A stretch of DNA of 64,000 nucleotides, taken from NCBI RefSeq assembly GCF_009914755.1, contig NC_060936.1. The stretch is one strand, 5' to 3'. Position 1 is the stretch's first letter; each line of letters opens with the position of its first letter. Made by a program: the position numbers and the translations under genes. This document shows positions 44,713-63,119 of this stretch, piece by piece. The stretch comes from the human T2T-CHM13v2.0 reference genome, Homo sapiens. The notes under the pieces are model-generated. The model made no database searches, was not told where the DNA came from, and saw only the letters and a program-made list of their open reading frames with translations.

Positions 44713-45884
44713 AAAACTAAATTAGAAGAAACATGATCTGGAAAGAGCATTAATAGGAAACTCACAGAAGAAGTGGCCAATAAATATATATTTTTTAATG
44801 TTTTACCCCAGTTTTTGGCTTCACTACAGATGGGAAGAACTACGAATGAAAACAGTGCTGTCATACTGGGAAGGTTGGGATTGGTTGGTTTGTTGGAGTC
44901 CCCAGTATGTTCAGAGAGTGGGAAAATGGCACCCTTATTTCTTGCTTATGGGCTGAATATCAGTACAGCTATTCTAGAATGGTCTGGTTACTTGTCAAAA
45001 GCTTTACACAGGTCTATACCCTTTGACTCGGGAATTTTAAGTAGAAAATCATAGACATGCAAAGATTTATGTATGGGAAAATGTAATACATTAATATTTA
45101 TAGTAATGAAAACGAGAACAAACTAAATGTCTATTGGAGTTAAATAAATTACAATATATTAATAAAATGGATTACAATGCAGCCCATTATAAATTATTTT
45201 AGAAGAATATTTTATCACATGAAAAGCTGTTTAATTATTGGGTGAAAAGAACAATTCAGTAAATAGTATGAACAGTATGATTTGATGTGTAAAGGGAACA
45301 TTCACCAAGAGATGTTTATCAGGCACTGGAAAGATGTGAGTCTGAAACTCAGTAGAAAAAGAAGCTAGAGTTATAATTGTGTAGATCCACCTTCATAATG
45401 GTTATGTTTAGATGAGGGACATAGAAGAGTTATTATGCTAGTTATTATACATGTGATATTTTCTGTGATTAAAAAAAAATTTAAAGAACACCTACCTCAA
45501 AAGAAATAAATTTGAAAGAAAGTGGATTAAATGTGTTAATCACTAAAGCACTTAGAATAATACTTGGCCCATAATAAATGCCCAGTAAGTTAGTTGCTGT
45601 TATTATCACCCTCCCCCCTTTTAAAGCTAAAGGTAAACACATTTCGCTAAGCAGAGGATCTAAGAGAGAACAGTGGACAGTCTCCTTAGACCTCAGGAAA
45701 CCCCTGCACGTGTGAGACTGAGCAGAAAGAAGAACAACACCAGGACAGGGAAGAAATGTTGGGGCAGGCAGAGGAGAGCCAGAAACATGTGGGTGTTGGG
45801 GGCCTCTAGGGCAGACAGCCTAGCAGGTGTTTTCAGGGTCAGATTGGATCGTACAGTTAGATAATCCTTGGGGGTCCTTGATGG

Positions 45885-47750
<1,866 letters not shown>

Positions 47751-49188
47751 TCTTTCGAGAGGGCAATTTCAGTGAAATAGCAGAAACTAAATTCTCAGTT
47801 ATTAAGGAGAGAACTCAGAAATGCAGGTAACACATGTAGACTATTCTTTTGAGAAATTTGGTTACAGGAAGAGAAAAGTTGCTACTAGCTTGTGAGATGC
47901 AGATTCCAAAAGTCTTTTCAGGACGGGCAGGATTCAGTGCCCTCAGAAGCCATAGTGAAAAACCAAGGGAGGGGTTGGAAACAGAGTTCACTGAAGGGAC
48001 AGAGACATGGAGAGTTAGCTCAGGAGTGTGGGTGCTCCTGAGGCGTGTGGAACCCTGCTCGCCTGGAGAAGCCAGGTGGGGTCACTCTGAGGCAGGACGG
48101 ATCCAGACTCCCCGGGTGCCCACGTAGTCAACAGCACGGAGCTGTCGTGAGCCGTGCCCTTTGCACTGAGAGCAGCAGCAAGCCCTGCTGCCCTCACGCC
48201 TGTCCTCATCCACACCTCTAAGCCCCTGGAATACAGCACATGTTATTTTAACAAAGCATGTTCCATTTTCTCTACCGAAGGTGTATACTTGTACATGTGT
48301 CATTCCAACAGTCCTTTCCTCCAGAGTATCTTGGTTAAAGTAAGGTTTGGTGGAAAGGGGCTTTTTTTTTTTTTTTAAATAAAATCTTGCAGTGCCCAGG
48401 AGGCTTGAGGAATATTTTGTAGTAGAAATACTATATATGGAGGAAACTAAGGTGCTGAGATATGAGACTTCGTGCTTAAGTTATAGAAAGGGCTGGCAGA
48501 ATTCATGGGAGCAAACTTGTTTTGCAGTTTAGTGAAAATCGGTTTACTCTGGAAGTGTTTTTCGATGTTTTGTTATTGTTTGTTTTTAGATACAAGGTTT
48601 TCAGCACACGCACAGAAGATGGCATCTGCACATCTAGGGAGCTGATTGGGTAAACTTCAGTGCTGCCCGTAATTATGGTGTTTCTAAGAAAGTAACCAAG
48701 AAGCCAGTATTTTTCACTGTAATAGTTGCAGTGGTGGGATTACTTGCCAGTATTAGAAAATGGAGAATGGGAAATGGAAAATCTCATTGGATTACTCCTC
48801 CTTACATTACTGCGTTTGGATTTGTAGTCTTAACAAGGCAATAAATGGAAGGGGAAAGAAGGAATCAATTCATGGTAACTAGAATGTAATGAGCACTTTC
48901 ATTAAGTCACAATTTAATTTGTATTCTTTCGGAAATTCTTTTCTGGTTTTAAGCCTAAAGGGGCCTGCCTTGAGGAGGTGAGGAAGATAAGCAGGTGTGG
49001 GAGGGGGTGTGGGTAGTGGGCAGGGGGTTGAAGAGAGCAAGAATATCTCGAGTAATACCTTTTAGGGGAAGTTTCAGACACTAAAATACATCTTTCCCAA
49101 CTTATCCACAGAATCCGTTGCATCCCAAAGCCATGGAAAAACTGCCTTTTTTCATGTGATGCTCATGGTAAGGAAATGCAGACGCCCC

Positions 49189-49503
49189 CAGACGTCCCCC
49201 TTACTCTGGGCAGTCTGTTGCAAGCTCCCCAGTGGATGCTGAAACTGTGGATGGTACTGAAGCCTATAGATGCTGTTTTCTTCTATACATATATACCTGA
49301 GATAAAGTCTAGTTTATAAATTAGGCACAGTAAGAGATTAATAATAAAATAGGACAGTTATAACAATACTCGGAACAGCATGCACTGTAAAACTTATGAA
49401 TTGTTTATTTCTGGAATTTTCCATTTAATATTTCCAGATCGCAGTTGACTGAGGGTAATTGAAACCGTGGAAAGGGAAACCATGGACAAGGGGGCGCCGC
49501 CGT
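49189..49503 (-). mobile_element. MER44A-like (Tigger-derived) MITE
   Basis: aaacttatgaattgtttatttctggaattttccatttaatatt...gaaaccgtggaaagggaaaccatggacaaggggg. Confidence 0.75.
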
Positions 49504-50704
49504 ATTTTAGTATAAGGAGGTTGTGAATAATCCATTTCAGGTTGTGCTTTCGCACCTGTGCTGTATAACACATTGATCTAAGTTTTTAGTTTGCTTTCTT
49601 CACATCGCCTCTCTTTCCTAAGCAATCTAAAAGTTTTAACAACACATGCCTGTACTCCTTTGACTTCAGAATGACTAAAGCTTTACAATCAAAGTCAACA
49701 AAATAAAAGTCACATTTTAAAAGTAATCACGGTTACACAAGAGAAGTTGATCCTTGAGATTCTTTCAAGCCAAGAAAAAATAGAATGGATCAAGCGCCAA
49801 TGAAATCTGTCCCTGCTCAGCTGTGCCCACATGTAATACTGCTTTCAGATAAAATTTGAACCATGCCTAATCCCTGGAGAACAGAGAAAGGCCTCCCAGA
49901 TGGAAAGCAACTCCAGCTAGTGAAGGAACACTTCCTTCTCTAAACTTTTCGATTCTGTGATTCCCTCTATTTTTAAACACCTTTTCCCAGGCATAGCATA
50001 CGTTAGACCCTGGAAAAGCGTAGCCTTGTAGTCTGCCTCTGGTTTTTTTTTCTCCTTAATCTTATTCCACCATTTCTTGTTATACTTCCTCCTCCAGCGC
50101 TAAATCACTGTCCCCCTTCTTGTTTACACCCTCCTGGCATGTGTAGGTAATAATCACATTTCCCTGCCCTTTGTTTTTACTTAGTTCGGGTCTCCATGTT
50201 TAGGTTTTCTAATCCTGCCCATAAAATGATTCTTTCAGCTTCTTAGTCATGCTGCCATTTTTCTTTGAACTTACTCCAGTTTGTCTCAATTTTTCTGGTA
50301 ATGAGGTGTCTGAAACGGAACACAGTGCCCTTAGGTGTGGCCTCGCTGAAACTGTGTAATGGAATGGCGGTCTGCTGAGGAGTGATGCCCATGTCTGGCC
50401 AGCCCGGGGGCCTTTGTCTCTCTTGAAGAGCTGGAATCGCTTCCATCAAGATCCGGCGATTCCTGTGCTCCAGAATTGCAGTGAGCAGCCCAGTGCCTTT
50501 CCTCCTTTGTGCCTCACCTCATACTGTGTTTCCATTTGAACTGACCATTTTCTGTCCCCTGCTGTCAAGAAAATACCCACCCCCCCAACCCTGCCTTCCT
50601 TTCTGTCCAGACTACTGAAGGCAGTAGCATTTTATCTCTACCTATTTGTGGCAGTTACTACACAGTGTTTTGCATAGAGCACTCAGTCAATTTTTTAAAG
50701 AGTT

Positions 50705-51710
<1,006 letters not shown>

Positions 51711-51908
51711 TTGGTTAATACTTTTTGAGTGGATATTTTATACACTTCAATTTTTCCCTTCTTAAGGTCGTAGAGTATCAGAATTATGCCTTTAAAAGTA
51801 TATACAGTTTTAAAAGGTATTTATGTTATATATTTTGGTATATTTCTTATTGCAAAATTGATGTTGCTTGTGCTATAAACAGTACAGAAGTATGTAAAGT
51901 AAAAGTAA

Positions 51909-52267
<359 letters not shown>

Positions 52268-52293
52268 TGAGGTCTTTAAAAAATCTTTGTTCC

Positions 52294-52597
<304 letters not shown>

Positions 52598-52854
52598 CTA
52601 CAAATTGCCTTAGTAAACATACTTGTACATACGTTCTTAAATTTCTTACTGGTGTTTCTGTTGAACATACTCTAAAAGTAGAATTATTTGGTCAAAGGAC
52701 ATATACAATTAAATTTGGCTGATGAGACCAAATTGCTCACCTCCCTACAATTGTCCCACAGGTCGTTGCTCTGCTGTTCCCACTTCCCATGCCCTAGCCA
52801 ACTCTGTAGTTTATATTTCTTGTTCGTTTGTTTGTTTTGAGTTTTTCTTTTCCT

Positions 52855-53772
<918 letters not shown>

Positions 53773-54675
53773 ATATTTAATTATTAATGAAATTGGGTAT
53801 TATTTTTGTGTTTGTTAGCCATTTGTATTTCTTCTGTGAGTTTTTTGTTCATATTCTCTGCCTGTTTTTCTATTAGGTTATAGGTTTTTAGGCTTATGGT
53901 ACCACTTCATAATACAGTAATGTCAATCCTTTGTCTTTTTGTTTTGTGTTTATTATGTCTTTCAAGCCGTCATTTGTACTTCAATTAAATGTATAGCTCT
54001 TCTGTCTCTATACAGACATTTTAAATTTCTAAATAGCCCAACTTACCCTTTTATTCCTTTATGACTTCTGAATTTAAAAGCACTTACCCTCCTCTCCAAA
54101 ATAAAGCTAAAAATACTTTTCTGTCTCCCATCCCAAGATTATAAAAAATATGCTCTTAAATTTACTTTCAGTGTTTTCACAGCATAGGTTTTAAATATAC
54201 ATCTTTAACCAGTTTGGAATTTATGTTGCTGTATGGTATAAGCAAGAATACAACCATAAATGGGCCTAGTTGACCCCGTACAGTTCATTGACTTCATATG
54301 CTTCCTGGTCATATCCTAAATCCCAGTCATTTAATGGTATCAACCCAACACTCTTCTAATTATTGTACTTTTATGGCATGTTTTGTTTGGTAAAGCAAGT
54401 CTTAACATCACTCTTCTTTCTTTAAAATATTTTCTTGACTCTTCTCTATATTTATACTTCAGTATAAATGTTAGACTCCATTATCAAATTCCAAAAAGAA
54501 CCTTTAGGATTTGTTTGGAAATGTGTTATACACACGAATACACACATACATAAAGCCTCAAGTAATGCATGATAAAATATATAGCAGTGGTTATCTCTAG
54601 ATGATGGTAATATTCTAGGTGATTTTTTTCTTGTTTTTTTTTCTTTATTTTCGAAAGTTTTTACAATATTTGTGA

Positions 54676-54994
<319 letters not shown>

Positions 54995-55639
54995 GTGAAA
55001 TCACTCCCGGCTGTGAAGCACTTTTTAAATTGCGGAAAACTCCTGAAAAAAATGTTCTTAAACTAAATTATATCCTTCAGTAACTTCATGATTATCTACT
55101 TAACATAACAGAAGCCCAATTAGAATAAAGACTATTTCATGGGAAATAAATAAGTGACTTGTAGAGACTGAAGAAGAGTTACCTGGCTCAGAATATAAAC
55201 TAGAATTGTCTGGAATATTCCTGGGAAGGATCCAGCTGGAATCAAGATACTGAAGCAACACCACCCCATAACCTTTTCTGTAGCTTGGTTGATGTCAGTT
55301 CTGCTGAGACTTTAGGGTCTGTAGCCTTTTCACTTAGCAGCATTCCTGGGTTGTTTTCTCTGCAGCTGTATTTACAAGGTACCCAGCCTCCTAGCTTTCC
55401 CCGTTGAAGAGATTCTTACTCATGTGACACAGCCAGAGTTTGGGGTGCACCAAGGCCGCGTGGTCTAAATCGGGCCCCTCAGTGTCCTGGTCTTTTAGTC
55501 AGCATTTAGCAGAAGGAAGATTGCTAGGTCTATTCTTAACTCTTTGATATATTTAAGAAGCACTGTGCTCATTCTTGACTCAGAGCATCTAGATTCTTTC
55601 TTTTCTTTTTCTTGCCCTGTCTTATGGTGCCAAGCATCT

Positions 55640-55673
<34 letters not shown>

Positions 55674-55693
55674 CTGTTTTAAGATGGAATCTC

Positions 55694-56552
<859 letters not shown>

Positions 56553-56599
56553 CCCTTTTTGCTTTTTAATCTGTATGCTCTTGCTGGGTGATCTTACCC

Positions 56600-56955
56600 A
56601 TTTAGTAACAGTTAGAACACCTAATATTTGTCAAGCACTTTATATGACTATCTCATTAAATCCTTAAAACAGCCCTATAAGGTAGGGCACAGGAGCTCAC
56701 GACTGTAAGCACTTTGGGAGGCCGAGGCAGAGGCGGGATTACTTGAGCCTGGGCGTTCAAGACAAGCGTAGGCAATATAGACTCCCATCTCTCCAAAAAA
56801 TTAAAATTTAAAACATTGGCCTGACATGGTTATTATTGCCTCATTTTACAGATGAGGAAACTGAGACTCAGACAAGTCAAGGTCAGATGAACTGATCGGC
56901 AGAACTGACCTTGAAACCCAGGCAGCCTAACTCCAGAGCCTATGTTCTTAACTAG
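56600..56955 (+). mobile_element. MIR interrupted by an Alu left-monomer fragment (~56682-56810)
   Basis: tatctcattaaatcctt...cattttacagatgaggaaactgagactcaga...ctccagagcctatgttcttaac. Confidence 0.7.
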
Positions 56956-58363
56956 ACTTTATATTCCATTTTTAATTTTCCTCCTTTCTTTCCTAAAACC
57001 TGCTGTCTCCTTCGTTCTTGGTCTTATTTGTCCAATATCCCCAGCTAGAATTGTCAGAAATGATTCTCCAGTTCTCCCTCACTTGACACCTCCTCCTTTT
57101 AGTCCTGCCTTTTGAAGAGGCTCAGACCTGTGTGTTCCTTTCCACGTCCCTGGCCCTCCCTTGCATCAGCCTTGCCTAACCCCCACCTGGGCTGCGAGCA
57201 GGAGCTGCCCTTGGTGGACTCTTCCTTCTGCTCAGTCTGAGAAAGTGGCGATGCTCATGTCACTGTACCATTTAAAACTGCGTGGACTCCTTTTTTGTGG
57301 TTGTGGTTTGGTTTCTAGGCAGATCACGCTGGAACGTCCTCACTTCACGTGCTCAGTCTGGCCCTCGCGTGTGTTTTCAGCTCCATTTCCTGTCATTCTC
57401 CACCCACTCCCTGTGCCTTACATTCCTGCCATCCTGAGGCTTCCCTTTTCGCAAGATCTGGGCCAGGCCTGTCCCAGCCCCACGCATCAGCCTTTGTTCT
57501 TCTGCGCTAAGCCTCCTTTGTCTTTGGTCTCCCAGACGGACTCTAGTCAGCTCTGAAGATCCAGACCCCACGCCTCTTTAGTAGCATTTCCTCAGACTCC
57601 TCAGGGTGAGCAGACACTCTTAGGGCTGCCACAGCACATGCTCAAGCCTCAGCTGCGGCCTCACTCTGCTGGGTGGTCGTTTATCTGTTTACATGCTTGT
57701 CTCCATTAACCTAAATGTGTCTTCAGGACAAGGACCAAATCCCATCAGCTTTCACCACCCAGCACAGAGTAGCGCTCAATAAAGGTTGGTTAAAATGCTT
57801 GAAGGAATGTGAAAGAGGCTGTTAAAAACAACAGGAAGTTAGAAATATACTTACTTCTAAGCAAAGGGATTATCTTGTGTTTCTCAAAGTAATCTCTTCA
57901 GCTAAATTAGCAGGCCTCAGGTGGGTAGGCTAATGTACCGAATGAAAGCGATACACGGCAAATGGAGAAGTCCTTTAAATTCTAAGTTCCCTTAGGGCGA
58001 GGGTCGCTCCACAAGGTTAGGATCCTCTCTGAGATCACCATGCCCCTCTCTCCTGCTCTCATGCACGTTCATGAGCCTGTGACTTGGTGGAGAGAACATT
58101 CTGTTTACAGTGAGAGGCCAGGACTGAAGTCACAGCTCTGCAAAAATGATCAGCTTTCGGCCTAGAACCAGTGACTAACTTTTTGGGCCTCACTTTCATG
58201 AAGACGCATTTGATATTTGCTTTTACACTTTTCTTATGGTTAATTTTGATGCAGAGAGACTTCACATACAGAGTGCCTTTGTCATTTATTGATGAAAAAT
58301 AATTCTTAGCTCAGTGCAAATGGGATTGTTGTATCTGAAATCCATCTCTCCTTTCCCTTTCAG

Positions 58364-58501
58364 CTTCAGGATGAGTTAGAGAAAGGTGAACGGGACAATG
58401 CAGAACTGCAGGAGTTTGCCAACGCCATTCTTCAGCAGATAGCAGACCATTGTCCCGACATCCTAGAGCAAGTGGTCAACGCCCTGGAAGAGTCCTCTTG
58501 A
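58364..58501 (+). CDS. ERC1: ERC1 last exon, coding part (45 aa: LQDELEKGERDNAELQEFANAILQQIADHCPDILEQVVNALEESS*), FIP-RBD-like C-terminus
   Basis: Polypyrimidine tract tctctcctttccctttcag|, phase 0, TGA at 58499-58501. Recognised ERC1 C-terminus. Confidence 0.95.
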   Translation, partial: LQDELEKGERDNAELQEFANAILQQIADHCPDILEQVVNALEESS

Positions 58502-61013
58502 CCCTGCTTTATGGGGAAGCCTGAGGTAGTCAACCCAGGAGCCAAGAAAAGAGAACTACGAGGAACAGGTGCCCGGAACCTTCTTGGCACCAAACACTAC
58601 AAACTTCATCCCAACTTGCTCACTTGAAGAAGTGTGATTCCAGCACCGTTTCTACATCTGCCATCTTACTCTGCCTTTCTGCTTTGGATGTGGTCTCTAC
58701 ACTAACCTTCTTGATGTCCAGGGTAGATAAAGGGTCGAATCTCTCTGAAGAACTGCCACCTGGTCATCAGCAGTGGAGAACTGTGGGAGCTGGTGGCTCT
58801 GCCCTGACAGAGAGCCATGGAGCAGAGGAGCCTCTCACCTCCTGTCCTCTGACATGAGAATGAAACCAGGAATGGACTTGGAGTTCAACAGGCTGAGAGG
58901 ATGCCTCCAATGGACCAGAGAGCTGAGTGTTCTAATATCACAATAGGTGCTTTCTCCTAAAAGGGCAAAAAACAATCTCAAAAAGATTAGAAAAAGAGAA
59001 GGGGGGAAGGGAAGAGAAAATCGACTCTTCTTTTTACTGTCTCTTCTGCTTACTTTCCACATGAGATGCTTTGTACCGGGGAGCTGTGAGCAGGCCTCAC
59101 GATGGCTTGGGAGCACTCGTTCTCCCAAGGTCTGAGTCTTCATCCAGCCCTGCCTGTCTGTCGCAGCCTTCCTCACTCTGTTCCTCGGCCAGTTAACAAG
59201 AAGATGGTGTGAGGTGTTCTCCACCAGTCTCTCCTGTTTGAGACTGTTGACGTTATCATACTGAGGTGTTAGATCAAATATCTCTAATTGAAGAACATGT
59301 GAGGTTGAAAGAGCACCAGCCAGGGCAACATAGCGTGACCCTGTCTCTACAAAAAATTAAAAAGAGAACATACAAAGTTGACATATGAGACCCTGTTGTC
59401 CCCGCCTGCAGCTTTGCCCCAGTAACAGATGCCCGTTGCTCTTGGGCTGGTTTCCCCTGAACACCTCCAAGAGGCTGCCTGCCTTGCCAGCACCCGTGTC
59501 CTGAGCTCCTGCAGCCCAGTGGCTGCTGAAGTTGTGATCCCTCACTCACCCTGCTAGCTTTGCCCTTGACTCGTCTTCTCTGAACCTCAGCCTCGTGCAT
59601 TGCCTGGAACCTTCTTCTAGCATAAATGAAGGTTTTTCCTCCTACACACATTCCTTCCTCGGTTATTTCATTCAGAGAATATTTATGAAATGCCTACTGT
59701 GTGCAAGTCATCCATCCTTGAAAAGGCCACTTCTCAGTGAGGGAGAGATGTAGTGGATTCTGTGAGACATACCTGCTGGAGTTGAAGCAGTAAATAGCAT
59801 GTCCTTCCCCTCCCCGATCTTAAGGTGTGTTTTCTAGAAAAGTTCCCTAATGGAATTCATGAGTTTGGGGGTCTCAGTCACCCGCTTGCCTGTAGGATTC
59901 CATTTGATGATTCTGGATTTTTGCTGTTTGTTATTGCCCTTAGAGGGGCTCTGAGTATCTACTTGTGGGTGGCCATTTCCTGACATCTGCATGTACCTCG
60001 TGGAATTCAGCCAGCTTCATGTTGCAAATCAGAAAGCTGACCCCAAGACTGCAAATCAATGAAGGTATTGGCATTGTTAAGGTCGTAGCGTAGACAACAG
60101 CAGTCATAAATAATTAGGCAGGAACTTAACCCAAATCTAGTTCTTTGACCACCTCTACCACCAGAACCCAGCAGACACTCACATCTCCTGATAAGAGTTG
60201 CTGGACTCGATGTTTTTGTTTTGCATTTTCTCCTCTCCTTCCCCACTTACTCAGAGAATTTAAAGTCTGTAGAGTCAGCACAGCCCCATCAGTCCAGGAA
60301 CTTCCCACCACCAGCCCTTGACTGTCCCATTAACTGACATGGTCAGATTTCCAGCTCCCCCTACTCCCTGCTGTGAAACAATCCCTCTCCCTGTGAGAGG
60401 AAACTGTGGAGCGTTTCTTATCGAAGGTTAAATGGACTCTGCTCATAAACCTCTTACTGAGATGCTTCCTGATAGCCAGGCTGGCCAGAGAGGGGTGCAG
60501 GGGTTAGATAGTAAGTGGTGGTCGTTTGTGGTCAGTTACCTCAATTCTGTTCATTGCAGTGCCCGTAAACCATGTAGAAAGCTCCCAGCACTGAAAGGCA
60601 GGAGTGTTAGCATCTCGCTTTATCCACCATAACGTAAAGAACTGCGGTGTGATAACAGCCTTCACGGGGCCACGGTGGAACCAAGACAGCAGGCGAGGCC
60701 ATGCCTAAACAAGTGGTCTGGCACGGGCACTGGCCAGCTGCTCTCTCCAAGCAGGTGGCCCAGATCCCACCCACGTGGACTTTCTCATCAGGTGCAGCGC
60801 CTGCCACTCTCAGCCACTGGGTGTGTGACTCTCCTCTTCATCTCAGCATTCTCCATCACTTCCCCTCCAGAAAAACGGATGGAAGGAAGCCCTCTGTGAC
60901 ACTGCTTCTGAGAAGAAGCATTTCCGGGACCGATATCATCTGTCTGGTCTCTGTGAACAGCAAGGAATCTTCTTGACCGTTCTTGGGCACTGGAGGCTGG
61001 CTAGGAGTTCAGT

Positions 61014-61019
61014 AATAAA
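61014..61019 (+). promoter_or_regulatory. Candidate proximal polyadenylation signal AATAAA
   Basis: Canonical hexamer in the 3'UTR with GT-rich sequence downstream. Usage not demonstrated. Confidence 0.3.
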
Positions 61020-61449
61020 CGTGGCCTTCGTGCTGTAGGGCAGAGTGGATGCAGTTTGTAGCTTTCAGAGTGTCTCATTGAGTCTAGATCATTGAACCAA
61101 CACTTAACCAAATGTCCCACTCCCATCACACTAGGACTTGTCATTCCATGCCCCTCTCCTAGTGGTCATGGTTTCATATGGGCATACAACTGCTACTGAA
61201 GTTATATAGCCTTGAAAACTCAGTGCAGGTTGCCCTTAATTTTCCCCAAACCCCTCCATCGGCAAGTCTAGTTGCCCTTTAGCACCTAAAGATCTGCACC
61301 CCAAACCAATGTCACCATAAAGAGGGCACGAAGAAGAGTGGGTGTGATCCCAACGGGGTTTTGTAACTGAAGAAGCCCAGTGTGAGCTTCTCATCTTTTC
61401 ATATACCTCTAACCCCCGGTACTCATTGAATCATTGATGAGGTATCTCA

Positions 61450-61838
<389 letters not shown>

Positions 61839-62647
61839 TGGATGGGAATCACCAAATTCATCTCAGCTCTAACCTTTTAACCTTTGTCCTTGCACTTTAC
61901 AATCTAAAGATCTACCTGTGGCTCTCAGACTTCCTCACACTTGGGTTTTAGAAATAACTTGTAAAGCAGACTGGACCCAAGGCCGCCTTCAGTGTCAAGA
62001 AGGGCATTGTGACTTGCCCCTCAATTTCTGTCCATTGAAGTCTGGTTTTCCATGAGGAACTTGCGGGCTCACCCACCCCCAGAGTGAGAGAAGAGGAAGG
62101 CGAAGTCATCACAGACACGGTCTTAGCCACCTGCTGAACTAATCCCTCCGCTATTGAGGGTCAGGGTTGTGAGGCAACCATCATGTGTCACCCCAAAATA
62201 TAAATGTTTCTGAGCCGCCCATCCACTGGCATTTGGATTTGCTGCCAGAGTCCTGTTCCTCCCAGAACCATCCCGCCCTCCTGTTGACCATGTTACTTGA
62301 GTGTAGGCCCGGTGTCAAGACCCTCAGAGTCTTTGAGGAAAGAGCCAAGCAGAGAAGACCGCTGCGTGGAGTGTGACACCACATGGCATTTCTCAAGCCC
62401 AGCGGACCCTGTGTCAGCAAATACCAGTAATTTAACATCTGCTCCTGGCCTCCTCTTCACCTGCCTGGGTTCGGAACTGAGGAGGAAGGATGAGAAGAGA
62501 CTGCAATGCAGCAGGCACCCTCTGCAGAGTGAGGCCGCCCGTCCATCACTGCCAGCCCTGGGCTGCTCAGGAGGGGACGTGAACCACTCAAAGGAATGTC
62601 TTAAAGAGGATCTGGAGTTTCCCCCATGCAAATTAGGGAAGAATTAG

Positions 62648-62779
62648 GCAAGAAAAGACATACATTACAGGGAAATCCTTCTGAACAAAATGGCTGTCTT
62701 CACCTACTCTTCTTGCAAGAAAAGACATACATTACAGGGAAATCCTTCTGAACAAAATGGCTATCTTCACCTACTCTTC
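62648..62779. repeat. 67-bp-period tandem duplication (2 copies, 1 mismatch in 65 bp)
   Basis: GCAAGAAAAGACATACATTACAGGGAAATCCTTCTGAACAAAATGGCT(G/A)TCTTCACCTACTCTTC at 62648 and 62715. Confidence 0.95.
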
Positions 62780-63113
62780 AGCAAAAACCGTCTCCAGACT
62801 TTTTAGTGTCAAAAATGTAACCAACTGTCTCCTGATTTTTTCCAATGTGTTTGGCAAGTGCTGTGGCCCTGTTGTAGGTACTTCTCCTGACTCTTGGGGG
62901 AGAAGTGGTTTTAGGGATTGATTTGGGGGAGCGGGTTTTTGTCCCATCCCACCTCCTCTCTTCTTTCTCTGCTTGTCGATATTGTCTGTGTGATTCAGAG
63001 AATTGGGGCAGTTACATTGTGTCTGTTGTTGAGATTATTAAAAGATTAAAACGTAGTTGTAGAAATGAAAAATTAAACAGCTGTGTTTTAAAAATGCAAA
63101 CCAATATCTTGTT

Positions 63114-63119
63114 AATAAA
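63114..63119 (+). promoter_or_regulatory. Candidate polyadenylation signal AATAAA
   Basis: Lies in an AT-rich island preceded by three ATTAAA hexamers. Usage not demonstrated. Confidence 0.4.

Noticed and set aside
59316-59362. Possible inverted-Alu pair in the 3'UTR
   Set aside because: This ~45-nt Alu fragment has the same orientation as the Alu at 61532, so no intramolecular duplex forms.
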